From positions 1 through 47,776 of IMG/VR virus record IMGVR_UViG_3300048912_000197: 47,776 nt of DNA. One strand, 5' to 3'. The notes below the pieces were generated by a model. The model had not been told where the DNA came from and did no database searches. It worked only from the letters and a program-made list of their open reading frames with translations. Position numbers and translations under genes: made by a program. The stretch is from a virus. Below are positions 34,097 to 40,981 of this stretch, one piece after another (position 1 is the stretch's first letter; every line of letters starts with the position of its first letter).

Positions 34097-34220
34097 GAAA
34101 TGAAAAGTACGCGTAAAGAAACCAACCCTATTTTGGATCGATCCCATAGTGGTACAAATGGCTTTTGGCCCTCTGATCGTTCTTGAAAGCCCCCAAGCAC
34201 TTGGACTAGCTTTCGGCCCC

Positions 34221-34997
34221 ATGTACTTCCGTTTTTGGTACCCCGACCCCTCGATCTCTGGCGATTGGCGAGCCGTGGCCACGGCACTCTTGCCCCGTGG
34301 GGAGCCGCACCCCAAGTACGGCGGACCTGGTCACATGCCCCAATGGGCCAAGCAGGTCCGCCCGTGGCTTGCTCGGGGACCTGGCGGCCCGTACTGGCGC
34401 TGCGTCCCGTCGGGGTCGGAAGGGGGCCGGCTGCTGCGGTACTTGAGCCTGGCGGACAGCTACGGCGTGCCCGTGTCCGAGTGGCTAGAGACCACGGAAA
34501 CGCACACCGGGCGAGGCGCAGAGCACACCGTGATCACGTTCGTCATGGGTGGGCACTTCGAGCCTGAGCCGATTAGCCCGGTCAACGGCCGAGCTCCCAC
34601 CCACACAAGCCTACTGCTCGCAGACGAGCCCCCACATGATGCAAGGCTCCCAATCGACGCACCGCGCCGCTGGTACTGGGTGGAGCGCTGGCGCTTGGAA
34701 GGGTACAAGCTGCCCAAGGGTCAGCGGCAGTACGACTGCACCGCAGTGCAGGGAGTCTGCGCGCACTGCGGGGAATCGTACACGGCCACGAACAACCGGC
34801 AGCTGTACTGCGGGCGCAGCTGCCAGCGCAAAGCCCACCGCACCGCATTCGGCCGCTTTGACCGACAGGAAGAACGCGTGCGCGTGGCTCGAGGTGGCGA
34901 GCGCATGCCACTGCCCCCGACCCTGGACGAGCCCGAATTTGATCCCAGAAAGGTGGATCTGGACTCGCTGCGGGTGCTTCCGCGATCCCGTCCCTAA
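34221..34997 (+). CDS. hypothetical early protein with C-terminal zinc-ribbon motif
   Basis: The ORF begins at 34149, but GC3 rises sharply only after the ATG at 34221. It contains ...C-AH-C-GESYTATNNRQLY-C-GRS-C-QRKAHR..., which is Cys4 ribbon-like. The start is uncertain. Confidence 0.55.
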   Translation: MYFRFWYPDPSISGDWRAVATALLPRGEPHPKYGGPGHMPQWAKQVRPWLARGPGGPYWRCVPSGSEGGRLLRYLSLADSYGVPVSEWLETTETHTGRGAEHTVITFVMGGHFEPEPISPVNGRAPTHTSLLLADEPPHDARLPIDAPRRWYWVERWRLEGYKLPKGQRQYDCTAVQGVCAHCGESYTATNNRQLYCGRSCQRKAHRTAFGRFDRQEERVRVARGGERMPLPPTLDEPEFDPRKVDLDSLRVLPRSRP

Positions 34998-35066
34998 AAC
35001 TAAATCGGGATCACGGACTAAACCGGCTTGACGGGATCGCCGTTCACATGTTCTAAGGGGATCACA

Positions 35067-35297
35067 ATGCAGCCGGCAAATGACGTGCTCGAAATCACCG
35101 CCGCCCACGATGGCCGCACGTACGCGCTCAAGATCGCCGATAACTTTGGCGGCTTCCCACGCGAAGCCTTGGACCGCGCCGGATTTTCTGGCCCGGTCTA
35201 TTGGGGCACCAGCCTGCCGGAGAATGCTCGCCAGCGCGTCAAGCGTGGCCGCTTCGCCTTTCACACCAAGCACGGCAAGATCTGCCGGATCGCCTGA
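35067..35297 (+). CDS. hypothetical protein (76 aa)
   Basis: The ATG is preceded by AAGGGGA. High GC3. Confidence 0.55.
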   Translation: MQPANDVLEITAAHDGRTYALKIADNFGGFPREALDRAGFSGPVYWGTSLPENARQRVKRGRFAFHTKHGKICRIA

Positions 35298-35317
35298 CAC
35301 CAAAGGATCCCCCGCAC

Positions 35318-35755
35318 ATGAACCCCGATCAATTCTTCCCGCCCGCGCATGAAACCGCCGTGCAGCTCTTCCGTGCCAGCGTCGAAGTGGGCGCAGCCAC
35401 GTACTGCCTGCAGTGCTTCCTGGCCTACGTGCCGCGTAACGAGCAGGGCAAAGCCTTCCCGATCGCGCACGTGCTGGCCGCTGGCGCGCGCTGCTGCGAG
35501 TGCAAGGCCCACGGCCCTGCGGACGCGAACGCGCCCGGTCACCGCGTGGAAATGCGCGTGCCGGTCGGCCACCACGTCCCGCGCGAGTGGGAGCCGGCCA
35601 TCGGTGGCGAGATCTTCGGCACGGACGAGCAGGCCAGCACGTTCGTCACGCAGTACGCGGCCCGCATTGCGGTGCTGCGCTTGGAATCACCGCACGGTCC
35701 GTACGAGGCCGGCACCGAATTTCGGATCCGCAAGATCGAAAAGGACGAGGGTTGA
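35318..35755 (+). CDS. hypothetical Cys-rich protein (145 aa)
   Basis: The ATG at 35318 has AAGGA upstream. C-LQ-C and CC-E-C motifs suggest metal binding. Confidence 0.55.
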   Translation: MNPDQFFPPAHETAVQLFRASVEVGAATYCLQCFLAYVPRNEQGKAFPIAHVLAAGARCCECKAHGPADANAPGHRVEMRVPVGHHVPREWEPAIGGEIFGTDEQASTFVTQYAARIAVLRLESPHGPYEAGTEFRIRKIEKDEG

Positions 35756-35759
35756 ACAC

Positions 35760-37412
35760 ATGAACGCTGCAAGCATCGTAGGGTTGATCGTCTTGGCCGG
35801 GCTCGTGCTCTTGTGCGCGCTCGCTTTCAAGGCCGTGCGTGACTGGCGCAGGGAGCAAGACACCGAAGTGCCTTGCCCGAAGCCGTGGCCTGACTGCGCA
35901 CCTGATGGGTGCAGCAACTGCGACGGCAAGGGCTACACCGCGCGGGACGCAGAACACCGCGTGCGGGATCTCGTGCGCGAGCACCAAGCCGCAGAGCTGC
36001 GGAAGGCCAAGGCCGAGGCCGCCGAGCTGCGCGCCGCAAAGTCGCTGCCGGGGCTACTCGATCTGCCGTACACTGGCGCAGAGCTTCGGCGCGCCGCGCA
36101 GGCCCCGAGCCTGATCGCAGACAAGGCCAGCGCCGTCAGCAGGGAGCTGCACGCGATCGGTGCCAAGTACGGCATGCGTCCGGTGTTGCGAGACACGGAA
36201 GAGCCCGGCCGCGTGTTAGTGGATTGGGAGCCCCGCAGGCCCGAGCTCTTGTCCGAGCACTTCGCGCGCGAAGTCCGCGATCGTCTTGCGGCAGCGCTCG
36301 CAGCGGAAGGTTGCCCGCCAAAGCTCGCGCTGCCTGGCCGCGGACGGTACCCATGGGAAACCGCCACGGAAGAGCAGATCCAAGCGGACCTGCAGGCGCT
36401 GGGTGCGGCAGTAATGCCCGAATTGAAAGAGCAGCACCGGCTGGCACTGCTCGCAGAAAAACGCGCGGCGCAGCCCTCGCACCGCTTGGATCCGCGCCGA
36501 AAGTGGGGCCGCCCGGCGCTCAAGCGCCACGGCAACGATCACCGCGCGCGGTGGCTGGACGCAGGCCGTGACCTGTACGTGGCGCAACGTGCGCCGCTGC
36601 TGCACCTTGGCTGCCTGCTGCTCGTCTGCTTCCTGCAGGCATGTGGCGGCGCGGCAGCGCCCGAGTCCGGCGCGAGCTCTGCGCCCGCGGTGCTAACTTC
36701 CGTGGACATGGGCGGCGCAGGTGGCGCGCTCGAGGCGTGCAGCAGCGATTTGGAAAAGCTCCATTTCGTGATCGATCCCGAGACTTTCGACCCAACCGAG
36801 ATCGAGCGCTTGACGTACGTGATCGATGCCCTGGCCAAAAAGTACGGCGTGGCCCCCACGGTCACGGTGCAGCACGAGGGTGCCAACGTGGTGGGGGATC
36901 TCGGGCCCATGCACTTCCGCGAAGGCTGCACGCCGTCCGGATCTCCTGCCTGCGTGGTCCACTTCGAAAACGACTGCGAAGCCGTGCTGCTGTATCCGCG
37001 CGCAATGCCGATCGGGGAGCTGCAGCGCTATTGGGACACGATCCTGCACGATCGGATCTCGTACGGCTTCCGCGAAGGCGAACCCGCAGACGCGCCAGGC
37101 AGCACGGCCAGCGACGCAGGGCACGAGATCACCGCGGCTGACCTTGAGCTGGGGTGCGACGGCTCGCGCTTTCCGTACGTGCTGCCGGACGGGTATTGCG
37201 CCGAGATCAAGGGCAACTTTCAGCAGTCCGCGGTCTTGGTGGATCGCTGCCAATTCGAGACCGGCGCGGCGTGCGGTGACCCCGACGTGGGGACCGAGCG
37301 CACGAGCAAGGTCACCAACCTGCACGGCTTCCCCGTGGTGCGTTGGGTTCACGTCCCGGCCGGCTGCGGCTATCACTGGACCCTGACTCTGCACGCGGGG
37401 GGCTGCCAGTGA
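35760..37412 (+). CDS. large early membrane protein (550 aa): N-terminal TM, one CxxCxGxG motif, a coiled-coil region, a second hydrophobic lipoprotein-signal-like segment, and a Cys-rich C-terminal domain
   Basis: The ATG at 35760 has GAGGG upstream. TM1 is IVGLIVLAGLVLLCALAF. It contains C-SN-C-D-G-K-G. The internal segment is RAPLLHLGCLLLVCFLQA-C-GG (codons around 36579-36644). The C-terminal ~255 aa contain many Cys. The 5' part of ORF 35349..37412 is shadow sequence over the previous gene. Confidence 0.6.
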   Translation: MNAASIVGLIVLAGLVLLCALAFKAVRDWRREQDTEVPCPKPWPDCAPDGCSNCDGKGYTARDAEHRVRDLVREHQAAELRKAKAEAAELRAAKSLPGLLDLPYTGAELRRAAQAPSLIADKASAVSRELHAIGAKYGMRPVLRDTEEPGRVLVDWEPRRPELLSEHFAREVRDRLAAALAAEGCPPKLALPGRGRYPWETATEEQIQADLQALGAAVMPELKEQHRLALLAEKRAAQPSHRLDPRRKWGRPALKRHGNDHRARWLDAGRDLYVAQRAPLLHLGCLLLVCFLQACGGAAAPESGASSAPAVLTSVDMGGAGGALEACSSDLEKLHFVIDPETFDPTEIERLTYVIDALAKKYGVAPTVTVQHEGANVVGDLGPMHFREGCTPSGSPACVVHFENDCEAVLLYPRAMPIGELQRYWDTILHDRISYGFREGEPADAPGSTASDAGHEITAADLELGCDGSRFPYVLPDGYCAEIKGNFQQSAVLVDRCQFETGAACGDPDVGTERTSKVTNLHGFPVVRWVHVPAGCGYHWTLTLHAGGCQ

Positions 37413-37732
37413 TGATCCCATACGTCACCGCCGCCACCAGCCCCGTGGATCGCGCGCTGTACCTGCTGGTGTACTTTCTTGGGTGGCTGCAGGCGCTTTG
37501 CCTGGCCGCGGTGCGCGTGCCGCTCTGGCGCAGCGCAAACGGCACCACCAAGCCGATCCGCGAAATGGACGATCAGCACCTGACCAATGCGATCCGGATG
37601 ATCGCACGTGAACCCAAGTGCCAGCAGCACGAGGCTATGCGCGAGCTGCTGCGCGAGTACAGCAGGCGCAGGCTGCCGATCTCGGGCTTGGACGAGCCGA
37701 AGCGCTACGGGCGCAGGGGATGGTACAAGTAG
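37412..37732 (+). CDS. small membrane protein (106 aa)
   Basis: The ATG at 37412 shares one base with the previous TGA; GTG at 37409 is an alternative. The N-terminal TM is LYLLVYFLGWLQALCLAAV. Confidence 0.55.
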   Translation: MIPYVTAATSPVDRALYLLVYFLGWLQALCLAAVRVPLWRSANGTTKPIREMDDQHLTNAIRMIAREPKCQQHEAMRELLREYSRRRLPISGLDEPKRYGRRGWYK

Positions 37733-37734
37733 CC

Positions 37735-37950
37735 ATGCCCAAGACGTACACCCACTGCGACCGCTGCCGCGCCCTGCTGCCGCGCCCCGTCACCCATCCC
37801 TGCAACTGCACCGCGTGCGATACCGAGATCGAACGCCGGGAAGTTGCCCGAGCCTGCGCACTGCAGGTACGCACGGACGTGGCCGCGTTCGTGGACGAGA
37901 TCCCGGCCGACGTGCTCGATCAGCTTCGAGCCGAGATAATGAAACGATAA
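37735..37950 (+). CDS. small zinc-finger-like protein (71 aa)
   Basis: It has C-DR-C ... C-N-C-TA-C cysteine pairs. The ATG lies 2 nt after the previous stop. Confidence 0.5.
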   Translation: MPKTYTHCDRCRALLPRPVTHPCNCTACDTEIERREVARACALQVRTDVAAFVDEIPADVLDQLRAEIMKR

Positions 37951-37987
37951 CAACGCACCGGCGCGCCTCGAGCGCGCAGGAGTCCCC

Positions 37988-38797
37988 ATGCTTACGAGAA
38001 AAGATTTCGAAAACCGCCCGAGCTACGTGGCCGCGCGCCAGGTGAACGACACCGCGCCGCGCCAGCACGAGGCCGGGCCCATTGCGATCGAGATCTGGCG
38101 CGTCATTGACGAGCACGCAGGCTTCGAACCGCTCGATCGGGACGTGCTGGCGCGCATGTTCAAGTGCGGCGAACCGCCCGCAGCCGAAGCCGCCCACGTG
38201 ATCAGCAAGGCGCGCAAGACCACGGTGGAAGAGCCGAAGCGCAGCCCCTTGGAAGAGGCGATCGGCCCCGAAAAACTCAGCGGGCGGCTGCCGCTCGCGC
38301 CCTGCATGCCGGACGGCACGCCACTGCCGCCCCCGGCGTACCAGGTCCCCACCAGCGCGCCGCCCCCGGTGCCGCTGAACCTGCGCAGGTGCTCAAGCAA
38401 GCACAACCACAACGGCCACGGCATGCACGAGATCGAGCCGGGGACGGACTGGTGCAAGCACTGCGGTGCGTGCGATCGGTGGGCCCCTGGAAAGGGTTTC
38501 GTGATCGATTTCGGGGACGGCCTGCCAACGCTGAACCTGCCACCGGGGATCGTGGCCGGGGAAGAGTACACGATCCAGTATCAGAGCATGCCCCGCACGC
38601 TGGACCTGCCCCGCAGCAAGCCTGCCCCGCCGTCCGGCGATCTCGCCTTGGAAGAGCCGGCCCGGATCCATTCCCACGACGCGCAGGGCATTGCCCTGGC
38701 CCTGAACCATTCGAAGCGCCAGGCGCGCGAGATCAGGGCGCTGCGGGCCGAGCTGGCCAAGGTTCAAGCGCGCCAAGGCGCAGGGGGCGCGCAGTGA
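37988..38797 (+). CDS. hypothetical protein (269 aa) with proline-rich linker and CxxCxxC motif
   Basis: AGGAG lies 6 nt before the ATG. It contains ...W-C-KH-C-GA-C-DRW.... No domain recognised. Confidence 0.6.
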   Translation: MLTRKDFENRPSYVAARQVNDTAPRQHEAGPIAIEIWRVIDEHAGFEPLDRDVLARMFKCGEPPAAEAAHVISKARKTTVEEPKRSPLEEAIGPEKLSGRLPLAPCMPDGTPLPPPAYQVPTSAPPPVPLNLRRCSSKHNHNGHGMHEIEPGTDWCKHCGACDRWAPGKGFVIDFGDGLPTLNLPPGIVAGEEYTIQYQSMPRTLDLPRSKPAPPSGDLALEEPARIHSHDAQGIALALNHSKRQAREIRALRAELAKVQARQGAGGAQ

Positions 38798-39183
38798 CCG
38801 CCGCCGCCAAGCTGCCCGAGCTCCACCCGCTGGACGTGGTGATCTGCGATACGATCGCCACGGCCTTCGCCCACCCGTTCGGCCTCGAGCACGGTTTGGA
38901 CGCCGCAGACCGGCAAGCCGTGGCGCTGTCCGAGCGGCACCGCCGCCGCTCTGGTGCGCAGGATTGGGATCGCAGGTACGTGACCCTGGCCGCGTATTTC
39001 AAGCTGCTGAAAAACGCGATCCGCTTCCGCGATCCCGATTTGGATTTCTACATGCGATCCGTCATCGATCTGATCAGCGAGCTGCAGGCCACCTGCGCGT
39101 ACGGGGCCACGGTGGTGCGCATGAAAGAGCTGGCGCAAAAAACGCGGCTTTACGCGCAAGCGCTCGGATCCCCCTATAGCTAA
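38794..39183 (+). CDS. hypothetical protein (129 aa)
   Basis: The GTG overlaps the previous stop (GTGA). This is the plausible coding part of ORF 38164..39183. Confidence 0.5.
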   Translation: MTAAAKLPELHPLDVVICDTIATAFAHPFGLEHGLDAADRQAVALSERHRRRSGAQDWDRRYVTLAAYFKLLKNAIRFRDPDLDFYMRSVIDLISELQATCAYGATVVRMKELAQKTRLYAQALGSPYS

Positions 39184-39206
39184 ATCCCGTGGCTGCCGTT
39201 CTGCAC

Positions 39207-39222
39207 TGCAAGCGCGCTTGCA
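39207..39222. promoter_or_regulatory. perfect 16-bp palindrome TGCAAGCGCGCTTGCA upstream of the RHH-like gene (operator candidate)
   Basis: The sequence tgcaagcgcgcttgca at 39207-39222 equals its own reverse complement. It lies in the 149-bp gap before the ATG at 39333. Confidence 0.45.
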
Positions 39223-39332
39223 CTTGCCGGCGCGGAAAGGTTGCTGCTATGTCTCGTCACTCAAACGCGCGGATCGTCCGCCCCCTGGCCAAGACTGCCG
39301 CGCTCAAGATCCCAAAGTTAGGAGCTGTACTC

Positions 39333-39632
39333 ATGTCTTCCAAGAACGGAAATAAGAAGCCTGCCGCTGCCGCCGTTGCCCCCGCTGCCGGCGATACCGA
39401 GATCGAGCACGAGGGTGTGGCCGCGGCCGAAGCCGGCCACGTGGTCCCTGCCAGCGGCACCGTGGTGGCCGAAGCGTCGAAGCGCGCCCGCGACCGCGGC
39501 CCGATCGTGGTGGTGGAGCTGACCAAGGACGAGGCCAAGGCGATCAAGATCCTTGCGATCAAGCACGAGACCACGCCCGGCAAGCTGCTGCAGACGTACG
39601 CCAAGCAGCTCTTGGCCGCCAACCCGGTCTAA
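39333..39632 (+). CDS. ribbon-helix-helix-like DNA-binding protein (99 aa)
   Basis: AGGAG lies 8 nt before the ATG. An A-rich disordered N-terminus is followed by GPIVVVELTKDEAKAIKILAIKHETTPGKLLQTYAKQLL, a strand-helix-helix pattern of the Arc/CopG/ParG type. Confidence 0.45.
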   Translation: MSSKNGNKKPAAAAVAPAAGDTEIEHEGVAAAEAGHVVPASGTVVAEASKRARDRGPIVVVELTKDEAKAIKILAIKHETTPGKLLQTYAKQLLAANPV

Positions 39633-39663
39633 GGATCGGCGTGACCGGGCGCACCGGTAGATT

Positions 39664-39703
39664 GGGCCAGTGCTTCCACCGAAGTGCTGGCCCTTTGCTT
39701 TTT
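39664..39703 (+). terminator. intrinsic terminator after the RHH-like gene
   Basis: The RNA reads GGGCCAGUGCUUC-CACC-GAAGUGCUGGCCC, a 13-bp stem including two G.U pairs, followed by UUUGCUUUUU. Confidence 0.75.
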
Positions 39704-39716
39704 GCAGGAGCACCAC

Positions 39717-40181
39717 ATGGGACTGATCGATCAATTCAACGCAGACCGCCGGGGCCAGCCCGGCTTTTTCGGGTATCGCCGGCAGCTCTTCCTGTACCAG
39801 CCCGGCACGCGCGGCACGCGGATCATGCCGGCCGACCCCGGCGCACTGGTGCCGGAAGTGTTTGACGTGGCCTGCGCGTGCTGCCCTGGTGGGTGGCAGG
39901 ACAAGGCCCACGACGCTGGCCACCACGCCGAACGGCTGCGCGCGCTCGGGTGGCGCACCAGGCGGGCCCCTCTTCCGCGATCGGCGTTCTGCGAGCCAAT
40001 CCTGCGCCGGGACGGGGCACCCACGCCGAACGCGCTGGAATGGATCTGCCCCTCGTGCGTGTGGGCTTCGGACCACCCCCCGCAGTTCACCAAGGCCGCG
40101 GCCGAATTCATGGCCCTTGCCGGGGTCCGAGCTCCCAACTGCCTGCCCCCGGGCTTGCACTTGCGCGAGCAGGTCAGGTAA
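39717..40181 (+). CDS. hypothetical Cys-rich protein (154 aa)
   Basis: AGGAG lies 7 nt before the ATG at 39717. It has C-A-CC and C-PS-C motifs. It is the last gene of the early block. Confidence 0.55.
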   Translation: MGLIDQFNADRRGQPGFFGYRRQLFLYQPGTRGTRIMPADPGALVPEVFDVACACCPGGWQDKAHDAGHHAERLRALGWRTRRAPLPRSAFCEPILRRDGAPTPNALEWICPSCVWASDHPPQFTKAAAEFMALAGVRAPNCLPPGLHLREQVR

Positions 40182-40236
40182 AACCCTCGCAGGTTGCTCG
40201 CGCCCAAAGCTCGGGCAGCCGTCCGAAAAACGAGGC

Positions 40237-40275
40237 GAAAGCCCCCGCGCATGGTGCTCGGGGGCTTTCGTTTTT
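40237..40275. terminator. bidirectional intrinsic terminator between convergent blocks
   Basis: GAAAGCCCCCG - 11-nt loop - CGGGGGCUUUC is a perfect 11-bp stem. It is followed by GUUUUU on the plus strand and preceded by AAAAA (cgaaaaacgaggc) on the other side. Confidence 0.75.
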
Positions 40276-40314
40276 GGCGCTCGCGCCGTTGCTGGGTGTG
40301 GAATGGATCGTCAG

Positions 40315-40356
40315 CCCACCGCGCGGGCGTGGTGCTCGCGTGGTGGGCTGGTTTTC
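40315..40356 (+). terminator. second hairpin with short U-run (tandem terminator candidate)
   Basis: CCCACCGCGCG - loop - CGCGUGGUGGG is followed by CUGGUUUUC. The loop shares the 9-mer TGGTGCTCG with the loop region of the first terminator. Confidence 0.4.
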
Positions 40357-40462
40357 ACGAGCCCCGGCCGGCCTCGAGCACGAAACCACTTGGCCGCCCG
40401 AGCCCGGAAAGCCTCACCACGGCGGCGCAGAACGTTCGCCAGCACTTCGGGCGGGAAGTAGC

Positions 40463-40981
40463 TCACGGCTCCACCAGGTGGCGGCAGCTGTCTTCCAAGG
40501 GCCCCGCGTACTCGGCCCACGTCTTGCGGTAGTTGTGGATCCACCGCCCGATCTCGCCGAAGCGCATGCGATCCATGGCAAGCCCGCATTGGTCGGACGC
40601 TGGCATGTTTTCGCAGACCGGTTCGAAGATCCGGAATTCGAGTGCCGCAGCCACGCGCCGTTCCAAACTAGCGCCCGAGCTCTTGGACCATCCGGGCATC
40701 ATTGCAACTGCGTCGCACCCCATCATTTTGCGGATCGCACCACGCAGCCAAAACTCGTCATCCTGCACGCCTTCGAAATAGTGCCGGGTGTTTGCGTGCG
40801 GGATCTCGGGCATCGCACCGCACTGCGCAAGCATGAACCCATACAGCTCGGCGCGGCGCGCGTTTTGCTCGCGCTCCCACGGATAGGTGCTGCGGTACGG
40901 GCCTGCAACGTAGATCCGCGGCACGTTGCCGGCTTCGCGGATCATTTTCTGGACGTCTTGGGGTGCGTTCGGTTTCATCAT
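40463..40981 (-). CDS. nucleoside 2-deoxyribosyltransferase-like protein (DUF4406 / DUF1937 family) with C-terminal extension
   Basis: 172 aa. ...RIYVAGPYRS...RRAELYGFMLAQCGAMPEIPH...GCDAVAMMPGWSKSSGASLERRVAAAL... matches the 'iYvAGPy ... cD.l..lpGW..S.Ga..E' signature. Confidence 0.6.
   Translation of the reverse strand: MMKPNAPQDVQKMIREAGNVPRIYVAGPYRSTYPWEREQNARRAELYGFMLAQCGAMPEIPHANTRHYFEGVQDDEFWLRGAIRKMMGCDAVAMMPGWSKSSGASLERRVAAALEFRIFEPVCENMPASDQCGLAMDRMRFGEIGRWIHNYRKTWAEYAGPLEDSCRHLVEP

Larger units (their letters stand above)
33765..34220. promoter_or_regulatory. divergent intergenic control region (largest non-coding stretch; lower GC; repeats, palindromes, hairpins)
   Basis: No convincing ORF. 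The region contains five copies of a YTAAAAGCC-like motif, three TTAG...CTAA inverted pairs, an 11-bp direct repeat AAAGCCCCCAA (33994, 34186) and a GGCCGCAG/CTGCGGCC hairpin (33915-33961). Confidence 0.7.

Noticed and set aside
35349-35759. N-terminal 137 codons of the 687-aa ORF 35349..37412
   Set aside because: This part is an S/R/T/P-rich alternative frame of the better-supported gene 35318..35755. A GAGGG-preceded ATG at 35760 starts the sensible protein with a TM helix.
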